From Octopus sinensis (Eukaryota): DNA of 64,000 bases. Below the pieces are notes generated by a model. The model saw nothing but the letters and a program-made list of their open reading frames with translations. It was not told where the DNA came from and searched no databases. This document shows, piece after piece, positions 36,910 through 50,934 of the stretch. The DNA is taken from contig NC_043001.1 of the NCBI RefSeq assembly GCF_006345805.1, forward strand, positions 62,868,001 to 62,932,000, in the 5' to 3' direction. Both the position numbers and the translations under genes were made by a program. The first letter of the stretch is position 1. Every line of letters starts with the position of its first letter.

Positions 36910-39900
36910 CACCCCAATCACAAAGGACAACAAATGACGAAGAAACAAAAACTGACACAAACCAAGAAAAACCTTCAAAACCCCAAGACTGGAACAAACT
37001 TCTAAACCAACGCAAATATGCTTATTGGAAAAGCATACGCTGTAAGAACATAGCCAACATATATCAAAACTGGTGGGACTTGAAGAACCCAATACTCCCT
37101 AGAAAATTTCTTATCAAAGAAATAAGGGGTGAAACACTAGAAGAAACAACAATACGTGCAAACCTAGCCCTCTGCCGACTAGAAACGGAAATTTCCCTTC
37201 AACTAACACGAAGCACACACCAGGAAGATAAGATTAAAACAATCGATACCGTCATAATGGCCGAGATAACAGAAAGGAACAATAACCAAAACAAAGAAAA
37301 ACTACAACAATTATGGAAAGAGGATACCAAACGAGAGGAGGAAAGATCCAGAATTATGTGGACCAAACAACAGGAGTGGTTTTTAAACTACGTAAAGAAC
37401 TATGGGGAAAAATCAATTATGAAGACAAAAAAACTACCAAAACAAATGAATAGATACAACAAACCAACACCACAAACATATTGGACTCCCAGACATCCAA
37501 ATAAGCCCTACCAAACACAAACCAAAATCCCGCTCCTTACACTGCCAAACCCCCCAATAAACAAATACACAAAATATGAAAGACAACCATCAACCCAAAA
37601 CTCCACAAAAACAAACACACAAACAGCAAGACGAGCACAATACATACAACCAACAACCTATAACACTTGGAGAGAACAAATAGAATATGAACAACCACCA
37701 ACACATAACACTGGACATCCTAAAAGGACACACACATGGAACAATAAACAAATGGATAGAAATCAACACATAACCTACAACAAACATCGAGGAAATCGAA
37801 ACCACACAAACACCAACCACATGCAACCCCACAAATTTACAAGATGGATAAAAAACAACTCCCTCTATCAATACAATACAAACACAATACATGAACCATC
37901 CACCTACCCACAAAGAAACCTGAACCCCAGTAATAGATATTGGCTCAACAAACACAGAAGATGAGAAGAAAACAACTACCAAAGACAAAACAACACATAC
38001 AGACCACCCCTACTACAAGAAAACCTAAGAACTAAAAATGGAATTTGGAGACGTAACAACACAACCCATTTTTTAGGGAGAGGATACTTCAACCATACTC
38101 CAGACCCAATACACCAAAAATTCCGGATGAACTCACAAAACACATAGACCCCAAAATAATAAACTTATCTAAAAGAGAACTTGACGAAAATGAAATGAAC
38201 CTACTACTAAAAGGCCTCAAATTTACACCTACACCCACTCCAAACCTCATAGAACTAAAAACTGATATAGACAACTTCAGCCGCCACCTCCGCTTTATGG
38301 AATTCTTTGAAAATAAAGAAACAGAAGATAACTCAATCATAAGAAAAAAATCCCATTTCACCCCTTACGAGGGAAGTGACAAACACCTTGACACATACAT
38401 AGAGACAATATCCAAATTCCCTCTCCACACACACAAATGCAAACAGAATCTCCGCAGAGAAGAAAAACAAGCCTTACAAAAACTGAAAAATGACAAGTCA
38501 ATCATTATAAAAGAAGCTGACAAAGGTGGAGCAATAGTAATTATGAATACAGATTACTACAAAGAAAAGATACTGGAGTTGCTGAACAACCAGACATACT
38601 ATAAAGAGGAACCAACACCACCAAAGAAAGCAACAATAAAAAAAATTAGAACTTTAGTCAATGAATACCAGGACTCCTTTACAGATAAGGAGAAAGACTA
38701 CCTATGCAACTCACGAACCAAAGAAAGCAATTTTTATGGATTACCTAAAATTCATAAAAGCTCTGAAATACAGAGAGCCATAAAGGAACAGAAGAACCAC
38801 TATATAAAAATACAAAGGCCTGCAGACCTCACAATGAGACCAATAGTGGCAGGACCCCAGGCACCAACACAACAACTAAGCCACTTCATAGATATACTCC
38901 TCAAACCTTTATGCCCACAGATACCAAGCTACATAAGGGATGACATAGACTTCCTCACACACATTCCAAATACAGTCCCAAAAAACACCATACTTGCAAG
39001 CTTTGATATCACAAATCTATACACAAACATACCACATACCCTAGGTCTAGAAGCTATAAAACAATCAATAGAAAAATACAGAGAACTTATAGACGAACGC
39101 TTCAAGACAAACTTTATCACCCAAGCCACCCAACTAATACTTGAAGAAAATACATTCTCATTCAACAACAAGACATACTGACAGATAAAAGGCACAGCTA
39201 TGGGTACAAAATTCGCACCTTCATATGCCAACCTGGTGATGGGTTTCCTGGAGAAAAAGCTATATGATGAAATAGGGAAAGTCTTCGAACACGACTTCAG
39301 AGAAGACATCAAGAAAAAGTGGAAACGCTACCTCGATGACTGCTTCATCTTTTGGAACAGATCAGAAGAAGACCTACGAACATTCCACAACATCCTCAAT
39401 ACGCTGCACCCATCTATCAACTTCACAATAGATATCAGCCACAACGAACTTCCCTTCCTAGATATCAACATCAAAATACACAACTCCATTGTCACAACAG
39501 ACATCCACTACAAAAAACTGACACACACCAATATTTAAATTTCCACTCCTGCCACCCATCCCACACAAAAAGAAACATCCCATATAGTATGGCAAGACGA
39601 ATATGTAGCATAATAACTGATTCACAAATACGACTAATAAGACTAGATGAACTCAAAAACTTCCTCCTAGAGCAAAAATAGAAACTAATAGAAAATGGAA
39701 TCACAAGAACATTAAAACTAGACATCGCACAACTCAGGACACCCAAAACAAAAAACAAAGAAAACATTATCCCTTTTATAAACACACACAACCCTGGAGT
39801 TACCATCTTCCAAACCTTGCATTCAAACCTACCAATAGCCTTACAAAGCCCCAAAATGAAAAACATATTAAACAAATATAGCATAAAAAACAGTAGACGA

Positions 39901-40374
39901 CAGGACAAAAACTTAAAGAAACACCTAACAAGAGCGAAATTATCTTCAGAAACTAAAACGGAATTCTTTGCAAAAGAGTGCGGAGATGGTAGATGTGGGA
40001 TCTGCAGCAACCCCACCTACAAATACATAGAGGGAAACAGAGAGATGAGATTTAAAAGTGGTGACATATTCAAAGTAAATGCAGATATGAACTGCAAGAC
40101 GCAGAACATTACATACTGCATAACCTGCCCCACGTGCAAGGAGAATTACGTAGGTGAAACTGGTGATTCTTTGTGCCAGCGAGCCAGGATTCACCGACAA
40201 CATATTCGGCAGGAAGAACTACGCAAAATACCACTAAGTACACACCTAGCTACATGTGGAGAGGGAAAATTTAAGATCTTTCCCTTCTACAAATGTCCGA
40301 AGAACGACACCTCTTTCAGGAGGAATATGGAAAAATATTTCATAGCTAAGTTCTCCCCCAAATTAAATGGCTGA
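36910..40374 (+). mobile_element. Penelope-like element, near full-length RT + GIY-YIG endonuclease, a few stops and frameshifts
   Basis: KEADKGGAIV, FYGLPKIHK, RPIVAG, FDITNLYTNIP, GTAMGTKFAPSYANL, RYLDDCF, LPFLDI (PLE RT); NITYCITCPTCKENYVGETG (GIY-YIG). Lies in KRR1 intron 4. Confidence 0.93.
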
Positions 40375-40448
40375 AACTTTACTCATCATACATTGAAGGA
40401 CATATCTTTCGATTTACAATATGATATAGTAGAACATTTAATATGTGT

Positions 40449-40519
<71 letters not shown>

Positions 40520-40689
40520 TACCTGTTATATACATTATATTGTTTTTGTAATTTACTTGATCTTTACTTGCCAATTGTCATTCTAATTTTAACCTTCCTA
40601 TGATATGCAATTTTCAAGATGGTTCATTTTGAATCGATAGAAGGTGGTTTTTTTCTAATATTTCATGTGTAAGCATGTATATATATATA

Positions 40690-42469
40690 CAACAAGAATA
40701 TCTTCGGTAATTTGGTATGATCGTTTCACGCTACATCATTTTATTAAACCTTGTAAGTATTACAACAGTTTTAAAATGTTGAGCAATCATTAGCCATTTA
40801 TAGAGGTTTCCTATCAATACATATACTTATTTTCATGTTAATTGATAACATTATAAAGAGGGTAGATATATAGACAGAGATGTTGATTTGAAGGTTAAGA
40901 ACATTAAGGTATTAGAATTTATCTTCTGACTGAAGTATATTGAACTGTTAGAAAGTGGGGAGGGATGTTCTGTTGAATGGAGACAAAAGAGATTTTCTAT
41001 TTATAAACGTTTAAACAATCATTTTTCCTCCTTTAGGCTTAAACACAAAGCAGGTTGCACAACATTATCTAGTAAAATTTGGGAACTGAAAAGAAATAAT
41101 ATAGAATTCAACCTGAAATGGGATATAGTAAGGAAAGCACGGCCTTATAAAAATAGTAGAGATGGTTGTGAACTTTGTTCTATGGAAACATATGAAATTT
41201 TAAAACATAGGAATAATACAAATTTGTTAAATAACCGTTCTGAACTAGGAGTATCTTGCATTCATCGCACGCCCATACGTTTAAATATTTTAAATAATTA
41301 ATATTGTGACCATTCCTAAATTTTTCAAATTCTAGTTCTTTATAACTAAATAAGAACAAATATACCATACTTGCTTTTATTCAACATGCACAGATTACTA
41401 AAAAACTTCATTGCATATTTATGATTAAATTCTTTTTTTTTTCTTTTCTGAAAATCTCCTATATTAAATAGTAAAAATTCTATGTCCCTAAGGAAACTAC
41501 TCAGTTCATCTTGATTACCTCACTTCCATTTTTAATATATCATTGACCCCGGATATTTTTACCTAACTGATTAGTTTTTTCTTCGCGGGTAGTAAATATT
41601 ATGTCTAACAGATTCTTTAATTTAATTCATTAATAACAATTCTCTATCTGCTAAATCTGAGAAATTTACTCTTCTTGATTACTTCTCTTCCTAAAAATGA
41701 ATCACCATCTACTAAACCTAAGAAATTGACTCATCTTGATTACTTTTTCTAATATATATCATTGACCCCTAATATATTCACTTAATTAATAAGACTTTTG
41801 TCCACAGTTATTGAGTATTATGCCTACTCATAATAAATGATAGATTTTTTCTCCAAAATTAATAAATATTAGATTTATAATTCTCTTTTAATCCAACTTA
41901 TTAAAATAATCAACACCTACTAGCTAAGTATAAACTGATGCATATTTGAATATGTTTGTATAAGTGTAAATGAATCTCTGTATTTTCTATAACTTTTTAA
42001 TATATAGTTGGTCATTTAGCATTGACCTAGTTTCCTTGATACAAAATCTGTTTGCCAAATAGTAGTAAACAGCATCTAAGGAATTATAATCCCCTTTCCA
42101 TTTTAATTTCTTTAGGAATAACTTCTGACATTTATTTCACCCCTATCTACTTCTATAAATAGAAAATCTCTTTTGTCTCCATTCAACTGAATATCCCTCC
42201 CCACTTTCTAGCAGTTCAATATACTTCAGTCAGAAGATAAATTCTAATACCTTAATGTTCTTAACCTTCAAATCAACATCTCTGTCTATGTATCTACCCT
42301 CTTTATAATGTTATCAATTAACATGAAAATAAGTATATGTATTGATAGAAAACCTCTATAAATGGCTGATAATTGCTCAACATTTTAAAACTGTTGTAAT
42401 ACTTACAAGGTTTAATAGAATGATGTAGCGTGAAACGATCGTACCAAATTACCGAAGATATTCTTGTTG
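40690..42469 (+). mobile_element. 5'-truncated Penelope-type insertion with inverted pseudo-LTRs
   Basis: 316-bp inverted repeats at 40690-41005 / 42154-42469; an open GIY-YIG C-terminal frame at 41005-41301 (KRLNNHFSSF...LSSKIWELK...CELCSMETYEI...LLNNRSEL). Confidence 0.8.
42363..42446 (+). ncRNA. Hammerhead ribozyme motif with extended stem II (core mutated); mirror copy on the minus strand at 40713-40796
   Basis: TGG CTGAT(A)A t gct caacatt ttaaaac tg ttgtaa tac ttacaa g gtttaa tag aatgatg t agc gt GAAACGATCGTA CCA. The two copies carry different core mutations, so their consensus is CTGATGA...GAAACGATCGTA. Confidence 0.55.
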
Positions 42470-42485
42470 CTTATTTTGATTATAA

Positions 42486-42758
<273 letters not shown>

Positions 42759-42859
42759 TGAATTATTGCTGAAATTAGAATTTTTTTAAACTACTTGCTC
42801 TGAGAAAGAGGTAGTGTGAGGCATAACCTTCACAGACCCTCCAAGACCTGTGAGGTTGA

Positions 42860-43200
42860 TCCAGTAATGCTCCTCTTGAACCTTTGTAAGTCAACATTTG
42901 AAGGAAAGGAAGGAATTTCCGGAGGAATGATGTTCTTTGAAGGAAGGATTGGGTGTAGTGAGAGGATGAGAGATGAGGGGGTTAGGAATGCCTGGGTGGA
43001 GGCATCAAGAACCCAGCTAGCTCCAAGAAGCAGAGGCCATTATAATTGCTATAGAAACAGCAGTGAGAGGAGACAGTGTATCTGTGGATGAAAAGGTGGA
43101 ACATATGTATGTGCAGATACAGCTTTGTAAAGAATTTTTATTGTGCAATCATGTGTTTCTTGATTCAATCTCTGTGCATGTAACCATAAAAAGGGTCTCC
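42860..43200 (-). mobile_element. L2/Daphne-type LINE C-terminal remnant
   Basis: Degenerate CFYSNYNGLCFLELAGFLMPPP...QSFLQRTS resembles L2-group ORF2 C-termini (FYRYFHG.CSSEL..L.PPP...SFIPRTS). Confidence 0.45.
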
Positions 43201-44230
43201 TTCTGTTGTTTTGAGTTGACCATGTGCCTGGCTCTGTGTTTACTTTTATCTGTGTGGAAAATTCAAACTCTAATTTAGTGCTTTTGTTAAAAAACAATCA
43301 CTAAAACAAGGACCTGGAGTAAGCACTAGAGTTGATTATGATTGACAGAAAAGAAAATACATGTTGGTAGTGCTCTAACATATTTTGTTCTTGGTCTTTT
43401 AGTCAAGAGAGGAAGCAGTGCCCACAACATTTTATAGGGTCTCTGAGACTGTTGGGAAATTAGAGGATGTTCTCAAACCAGAGACCTGACACAAATACTT
43501 GCATCAGTGTGGACTCTGTTAAAAACAGGTGCCAAGTGATGGGTTAGGTCTATCACTCAGGTAGGCCATGGCAGGATTTGAATTCACAACAGAAAATTGG
43601 CTTAGTGCTTTTAAGCTGAAATGCAACCTGGAGATGAACATGATTTCTTAATCCTCTTAGGTTGATCAACTTTTCTACTATCTCAGGTGTTGGGATGCAA
43701 AATTATCTATTTTAAAATGTCTGTGTTTCAATTTAAACCTTTGATAATGGTTTTATGCAAGAAATTCTGTAAGTTATGTTCCAAACACACTGGATTAATA
43801 AGTAAACATGTTATTTTACAAACATACTCCAGATTATTAGTTTTCCAAGTTAATTGCAGAGTGTATTTCATGAGAAACATGATCACAAAATGATTTTAAC
43901 AAGTAAAACTATATGACACAGCAAATTACATACTGATGATCTGGTTTGGTACATCTCATTTCTGAGTTCATATCCTTTATATCTATTAAGAAAATATCAC
44001 TTCATTTATTCAGCTGGGCATAGTTTAACCTTAAATCAACAGTTACATTTGATTTATAACTCCCGGGTGTTATCTTTTGTTTTGTAAACACCTTTGCTAA
44101 CTAGTTCCTGTGTAACGTCAATAAGTTGTGGCACAAACTGTAGTTGCTTATATTTATGACTAAAACATTAAGTTTAATGGGACAGCTTTCTTATATAATG
44201 TAACAGATTTTATTCTACTTCTCTTTTTAG

Positions 44231-44287
44231 GTACGGAAAATAGTGCTAGATACAATGAAAAATATCCATCCAATTTATAATATCAAG
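44231..44287 (+). CDS. KRR1: KRR1 exon 6 (VRKIVLDTMKNIHPIYNIK); last exon found
   Basis: 57 nt, tttttag/GTATGT boundaries; human VRKVVLDTMKNIHPIYNIK. Confidence 0.97.
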
Positions 44288-44440
44288 GTATGTACAACAT
44301 TTTATATGTATTTCCAATATTATATATGCTATACTATCATACCTCTATCATTAAAATGCTGAGTTTTATTAATGATAGTAAATGGTACATCAAAATAATG
44401 GGAGAAACTGCTGATAAATGTCAGCAGTTGAGTAATAATC

Positions 44441-45435
44441 ATCATCATCGTTTTAACGTCTGCTTTCCATGCTAGCATGGGTTGAACGATTTTGACTGAG
44501 GGCTGGCGAACCAGATGGCTGCACCAGGCTCCAGTCTTGATTTGGCAGAGTTTCTACAGCTGGATGCCCTTCCTAACGCCAACCACTCCGAGAGTGCAGT
44601 GGGTGCTTTTTACATGCCACTGGCACGGGGGCCAGTCAGGTGGTACTGGCAACGACCTCGCTCAAATCTTTTTACAAATGCCACCAGCACAGGTGCCAGT
44701 AAGGCGACGTTGGTAACGCTTACGCTCGAATGGTGCCCTTTTACGTGCCACCGGCATGGAAGCCAGCACAAGCACAAGTGCCAGTAAGGCGACGCTGGTA
44801 ACGATCACACTCGAATGGTGCCTTTTATGTGCCACTGGCATGGAAACCGGTTAGCCGCTCTGTCAACGATCACGCTCAAATGGTGCTCTTTTCACCCCGC
44901 TAGTACAGATGCCAGTCATCGAATGTGATTTTGATTTCACTTGCCTCAACAGGTCTTCGCAAGCAGAGTTTAGTGTCCAAGGATGGAAAAGGTACGCATA
45001 AGCAGGCTGGTTACGCTCCTGGCATAGGCCACAGGTTATGGTCTCAATTGGCTTGCCGGGTCTTCTCAAGAACAGCATATTTCCAAAAGTCTTGGTCGCT
45101 AGTCATTTCCTTAGTGAGGCCTAATGTTCCAAGGTCATGCTTCTCCACTTCCTCCCAGGTCTTCCTGGGTCTACCTCTTCCACAGGTTCCCTCAACCGCT
45201 AGGGTGTGGCACTTTTTCACACAGCCATCCTCCTCCATTCTCGCCACATGACCATACCAGCACAGTCGTCTCTCTTGCACACTACATCTGATGCTTCTTA
45301 GGTCCAACTTTTCTCTCAAGGTACTTACACTCTGTCGAGTATGCACACTGACATTACACATCCATTGGATTATACTGGCTTCATTCCTTGCGAGCTTACC
45401 CATGTCCTCAGCAGTCACAGCCCATGTTTCACTAG
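44441..45435 (-). mobile_element. 5'-truncated RTE LINE (C-terminal ORF + repeat-rich 3' UTR)
   Basis: SETWAVTAED...WYGHVARMEEDGCVKKCHTLAVEGTCGRGRPRKTWEEV; the tail is ccatgctagcatggaaagcagacgttaaaacgatgatgatg on the minus strand. Confidence 0.9.
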
Positions 45436-45934
45436 CTCTCTCTATATCTCACTATTGTTTTCACTTAAGTCATATATATGTACATATGCAGTATTGAATC
45501 ACTTAAATATTATGGTTGTAATGTCTTGGTTGAAAATATTATCTTCCATGTAATATAAGCATATATATATGAAATGTATATATATAATATAAATCCTGTT
45601 CTGTGTGTGTGTAAAAGATTATAACGGCCTTATTTTTCAACTGCTTTTCTCCAAACTGAGAACATACATTACTTATGTTCCAGGGATGGGTTAAGACTCT
45701 TAAAAATCTTTCACATAATGAGTAACGAGCCCCCGCTCCTCCTCCGGGGGCAGAAAACACCAATTCCTGGGTTACATGGAGAAGGGAGGCAATTCTTTGT
45801 AAAGTAACTTTCAGAAATTGATTCTCTCCCTTACAACCATTGCTTTTTATATTAGATTCACATCTTAGAAAGCTTTTAAAAAACATTTATTTCCGGTTTT
45901 CTAGCATCAGTGATGTCAATATCTTTCTATCAAT

Positions 45935-47366
45935 CTCTCTCTATATCTCACTATTGTTTTCACTTGCTAACAATTGCTAACAATGACAAATTACTGACAG
46001 AAAGAAGTTCACAATTACTGATGAAAGTAATTTCATACATAATTTACTGACAGAAGTAGCTTCTTGAATTTAACTTTAATCCGTACACTTTGTGAAATTT
46101 GCCTACAAATCTCTCATTTACTTTTGCAACGTTTTGTATTTTTTTTGTTGTTCACGGAATTACTGATAAAAGTAAGTTCATAATTTACTGACAGAAGTAA
46201 CTTCAAAAATTTGGCTTAAATCTGTACACTTAGTTAATTTCCCTAAAAATTTCTTATTTGCTTTTGCAATGGTTTTGTGTTTTTCTTTTGTTAGTGGCTT
46301 TTTTCTGGTTCCTTTGATACTGGCTTTTTGGTTCCCTAAGTGACAAATTTCGCTTCAACCTGTAAAATTCTTTATTTTCCATAAAAATTTCTTATTTACT
46401 TTCTGCCTGTTATATTAAGAAATATAATTTCCATTACCCAGTTATTTTCATTGTTTACTATGTTGTGCACCTGTGTATTTCTGTTTATGTATATAACCAT
46501 GCCTAGAAGGAAAGTGTCAAATTTATCTACAATGTCAATGTCATCCGAAAGAATGTCTCTGTCTAGGGAAAGAGAGACAGCTGCAGAAAGGGAGGCATAC
46601 CAAGAAATGAACAGATTGTGTATTACAAAAGCCAAAGCATCTGAAAGTGATGAACAAAGGCATGCAAGGCTAACAAGGAGTAGAATCTCCACTGCAAAAT
46701 GAAGAGCAGTTGCAGCAGCTTTCAATTATAATGCAGCAGTTCATTATGCAGATGACACTAGAGTTTCCATTGGTAAAATGACAACTGAGTGCATACATTG
46801 TAAAGCAAGGAAGTGGCCTTGAGAGACACCTGCACTGTGCTACAGTGGTGGAAAGGTTAAACTTCCTGCAATCCACTAACCTCCAGAGCCATTGAAGAAA
46901 CTGTTGTCATCAACTGACCAAGATTCCAACCATTTCTAAAACAAAATGAGACAATACAATGCTGCACTACAGATGACATCATTTGGAGCCACAAGAGATA
47001 TAACTGAGCCAGGATTCATGCAAACTTTCAAGATCTAAGGTCAGATTTATTATCGGATTAGCTCTCTACTACCTCTATCAAATGAATCACCAAAGTTGGC
47101 TTTTTATCATTTATGATCTGTACCTGTTTTGATGCTTATGAAATAAGCTACACAAAACATGTTTTTGAATTATGCGTATTTACTTTATATATACATCTAT
47201 GAGTTAAAAATTTCTCTTAACATTTCACTCAATGTCTATGTTGGAGAGTTATTAATGTAGAAAATTGGTATCTCAACTTCTAGCAGTTGAGACCTGTGTA
47301 ATCTAGATGGCGTTTTAAAATTTCATTATTCTCTTTAACTCTGGCAACGCCTGGTATTTCTGCTAG
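45935..47366 (+). mobile_element. Internally deleted Helitron (Rep N-terminal remnant)
   Basis: From ATG 46499: ...IGKMTTECIHCKARKW..ETPALCYSGGKVKLP...RQYNAALQMTSFGA...GFMQTFKI*GQIYYRISSLLP (typical Helitron N-terminus). The 3' end is ggcaacgcc...tgCTAG|t (47363-47366). The 5' TC start is tentative. Confidence 0.75.
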
Positions 47367-47504
47367 TATATATATATCGTAAAACATTTTTACGATAATA
47401 TGGTGAATCAGGTCAGTTCAAACTAAATATATCTCCCTCATTTACATATATATACTACCAAAATGTGACCTTTTTGAACTTATAACTTTCTGTGTATATA
47501 TATA

Positions 47505-47770
47505 TCATCATCATCATCGTTTAGCGTCCGCTTTCCATGGTAGCATGGGTTGGACGGTTCAACTGGGGTCTGTGAAGCCAGAAGGCTGCATCAGGCCCAG
47601 TCTGATCTGGCAGTGTTTCTACGGCTGGATCCCCTTCCTAACGCCAACCATGGAGGCCAGTTGGGGCAGCGCTGGCAACGGCCACGATCGGATGGTTCGC
47701 TTACTTGTCACCGGCACTGGTATCACAGCCGCAATTTCCATTGATGTTGATCGACTTCGATTTTGGTTCT
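47505..47770 (-). mobile_element. RTE-LINE 3' UTR fragment
   Basis: catcatcatcgtttagcgtccgctttccatggtagcatgggttggacgg. Confidence 0.7.
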
Positions 47771-47800
47771 GCTTTCTGATATCTGATTTGATTTGATTTG

Positions 47801-47838
<38 letters not shown>

Positions 47839-48619
47839 CCTCTGAACTTTTTAATAATTCTTTCTGTAAACTGTTTTTAACATGTTCTTATTATCAAAGA
47901 ATGTATATATGTATTGTAATATTTTGTGACAACCAGTACCTAACACAACAAAGCTTTTACATGTTACTTTTGACAATCTTTTTCTAAAAAAATGAATAAA
48001 CATCTTTTAAAATTGCTTTTTCAAACCTTCTTTCATATATAATTCCACTCGTGTGGTACCTTACAACTCCACTTTGTTATATATATATATATATTATAGA
48101 TGTAGCCCCTCAGCTTACTAGTCCTGGTCAAACCGTCCAACCCATGCCATGGACAATGGACATTAAATGATGATGATGATGATGTACTGTTCCACAATGT
48201 ACTGTTCCAAGATCAGCAAAAAAGATTACTCCATCTGCCACTATGAGTTAACTGATTGAAAAAATGTTAGTTAGTTCTAGATCCAAAATTTTCAGTGGTT
48301 GTAAGCACATGGCTAAGTTCCTGTTGACAAATTGGAAAGTGCCACCCTCACTGAATTAAACAACTGTACCACTATCTTTTTCGGCCTTAGAATTTATGGT
48401 CTAAAGAGAAATAACTCTAATCCCCACTTTTTATTTTCTTTTTCGCTTTCCAGTTTTTCAACCTTCCACCTTTTATATCTACTTCTTTTTCACTTTTTTC
48501 TGCATTTTCTCTCATCCTATCGTCACATTTATGGTTTGTTATATCATGTGGGCAGTGCCTGAAGATTGTACTAGGATGCTAGACATGTTAAAAATTACTG
48601 TCTGGCATACTATCAGCCC

Positions 48620-49240
48620 ATTTAAGAGTACCCTTGATGCGTCGGGCAATATGATATTTTTAAGAAGACCTGTTGAGTAAAGTGAAACCAAAACCATGGC
48701 TGTGTCCAGTGCTCCCCCTGACTGTCACCCATTCCTGTGACGCATAAAATGCATCTCCTGAATGTGGTCAATGCCAGTGTACCCTGACTGGCTCCTGTGC
48801 TGGTGGCACGTAAAAAGCACCACCCGAACGGGGTCGATTCCAGGTCTGCCTGACTGGCTCCCTTGCTGGTGGCATGTAAAAAGCACTATCCAAATGTGAT
48901 TGATACCAGAGCCACTTGACTGGCTCCTGTGCTGGTGGCATTTAAAAAGCAACATCTGAACATGGCCAATGCTAATGGCACTTAAAAAATGCTGGTGGCA
49001 CTTAAAAAGCACTATTCAAATGTGATGGATGCCAGGCTTGCCTGACTAGCTCCTGTGCCAGTGGCATGTAAAAAGCACCCACTACACTCTTGGAGTGGTT
49101 GGCATTAGGAAGAGCATCCTACTATAGAAACATTGCCAGATCAGATTGGAGCCTGGTGTAACTGCTGGCTCTCCAGACCTCAGTCAAACTGTCCAATACA
49201 TACCAACATGAAAAACAGACAATAAAAATTGATGATGGTA
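48620..49240 (+). mobile_element. RTE-LINE 3' UTR with about 60-bp internal tandem units
   Basis: Repeated gactggctcctgtgctggtggca(c/t)gtaaaaagcac units, then ggagtggttggcattaggaag...gatgatgg tail. Confidence 0.75.
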
Positions 49241-49772
49241 ATGACATAAAATCATATATTGTGTTTATTAAATAATATGTACACACATGCATTCACACAG
49301 TATATACCTACATACATGCACACATCAATATGGTGGGCTTCTTTCAGTTTCTATCTACCAAATCTACCCTTAAGAATTTGGTTGGCCCTTACTGAAGGCA
49401 CCTATTTATGCCTGTACATCGTTTGTGTGTGTGCATTACCTATTATCTCTTATTTATTTCAGATATTAGACTGTAACCATATAGTATAAGAGTTTTAGTC
49501 AAACAAATTGACCCCAGTACTTATTGTATCTTTTTATTTTTTAAAAATTTTTGTTGCACTACTAAGTTATGGAGACATAAACAAACCATGTGGCGGTGGT
49601 GGTGCAAACACAGGCCCAGACACACACATAGGTATATACATGACAGGCTTCTTTCTGTTTCAGTCTACTAGATCCACTCACAAGACTTTGATCGGCCTAG
49701 AGCTATAACATTGTTGAGCAGTAAACTTCTTAACACACAGCTGGACACATATGTACATGCATGCATTTATAT

Positions 49773-50395
49773 AAGGTTATAATGGACACAGGTTCATGTG
49801 TCATACAACTAGCTAGAGGTGATGGCCTCTTGGAGCTAATCAACAGCAGCTTTTGTCCTATATTTATGGACTGCCATATTAGCTTGGCAATAACTATTAA
49901 TATCCAGTACCGCTGCCATTGTCTCCTTTAGAGAGACTTAGAAATAATAATATTTCTATTTTTGAAAACCAGTGGATGTATTCCACTGAATTTAGGTAAA
50001 TAATCCTTCGAACAGACGGTCAGTAGTGACGCCTGCTGGGTTCGGCTACTCAGCATTGATAAAAAGCAAATACCCTGAAACTTGTCTGCAGATGCCTGAC
50101 CAGCTAGGGGAAGCGGCTGACCTCCCCTGTTCGAAGGTTATAATGGACACAGGTCCATGTGTCATATAGCTAGCTAGAGGTGATGGCCTCTTGGAGCTAA
50201 TCAACAGCAGCTTTCGTCCTATATTTATGGACTGCCATATTAGCTTGGCAATAACTATTAATATCCAGTAGCGCTGCCATTGTCTCCTTTAGAGAGACTT
50301 AGAAATAATAATATTTCTATTTTTGAAAAACAGTGGATGTATTCCACTGAATTTAGGTAAATAATCCTTCGAACAGACGGTCAGTAGTGACGCCT
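49773..50395. repeat. 262-bp direct repeat with 361-bp period (1.7 monomers)
   Basis: 49773-50034 is nearly identical to 50134-50395; the unique linker 50035-50133 contains a degenerate hammerhead-like motif. Confidence 0.9.
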
Positions 50396-50408
50396 CATAA
50401 TATATATC

Positions 50409-50492
<84 letters not shown>

Positions 50493-50611
50493 TAAAAATG
50501 AATATATAAATATATATAAAAATGAATATATAAATATATATATATACAAATAAATATATATATTATAAATAAATATTATATATATAAATAAATATATATA
50601 TATAAAAATAA

Positions 50612-50643
<32 letters not shown>

Positions 50644-50874
50644 ATATATATATATATATATAAATAAATTATATATATATAAAAAAATAAATAAATATAT
50701 ATATATAATATAAAAATAAATATATATATATATATATATATAAAAATAAATATAATATATATATATATAAAATAAATATATATTATATATATATAAAAAT
50801 ATATATATATATTAAAAATAAATATATATATAATATAAAAATAAATATATATATATATATAAAAATAAATATAT

Positions 50875-50908
<34 letters not shown>

Positions 50909-50932
50909 TATATATATAAATAAATATATATG
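50396..50932. repeat. Almost pure A/T low-complexity (TA)n/(TAAA)n tract
   Basis: Direct inspection. Confidence 0.95.
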
Positions 50933-50934
50933 AT

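Noticed and set aside
45539-45886. 115-aa minus-strand ORF as a missing KRR1 exon or a captured gene
   Set aside because: It is on the wrong strand for KRR1 and has no recognisable motif.
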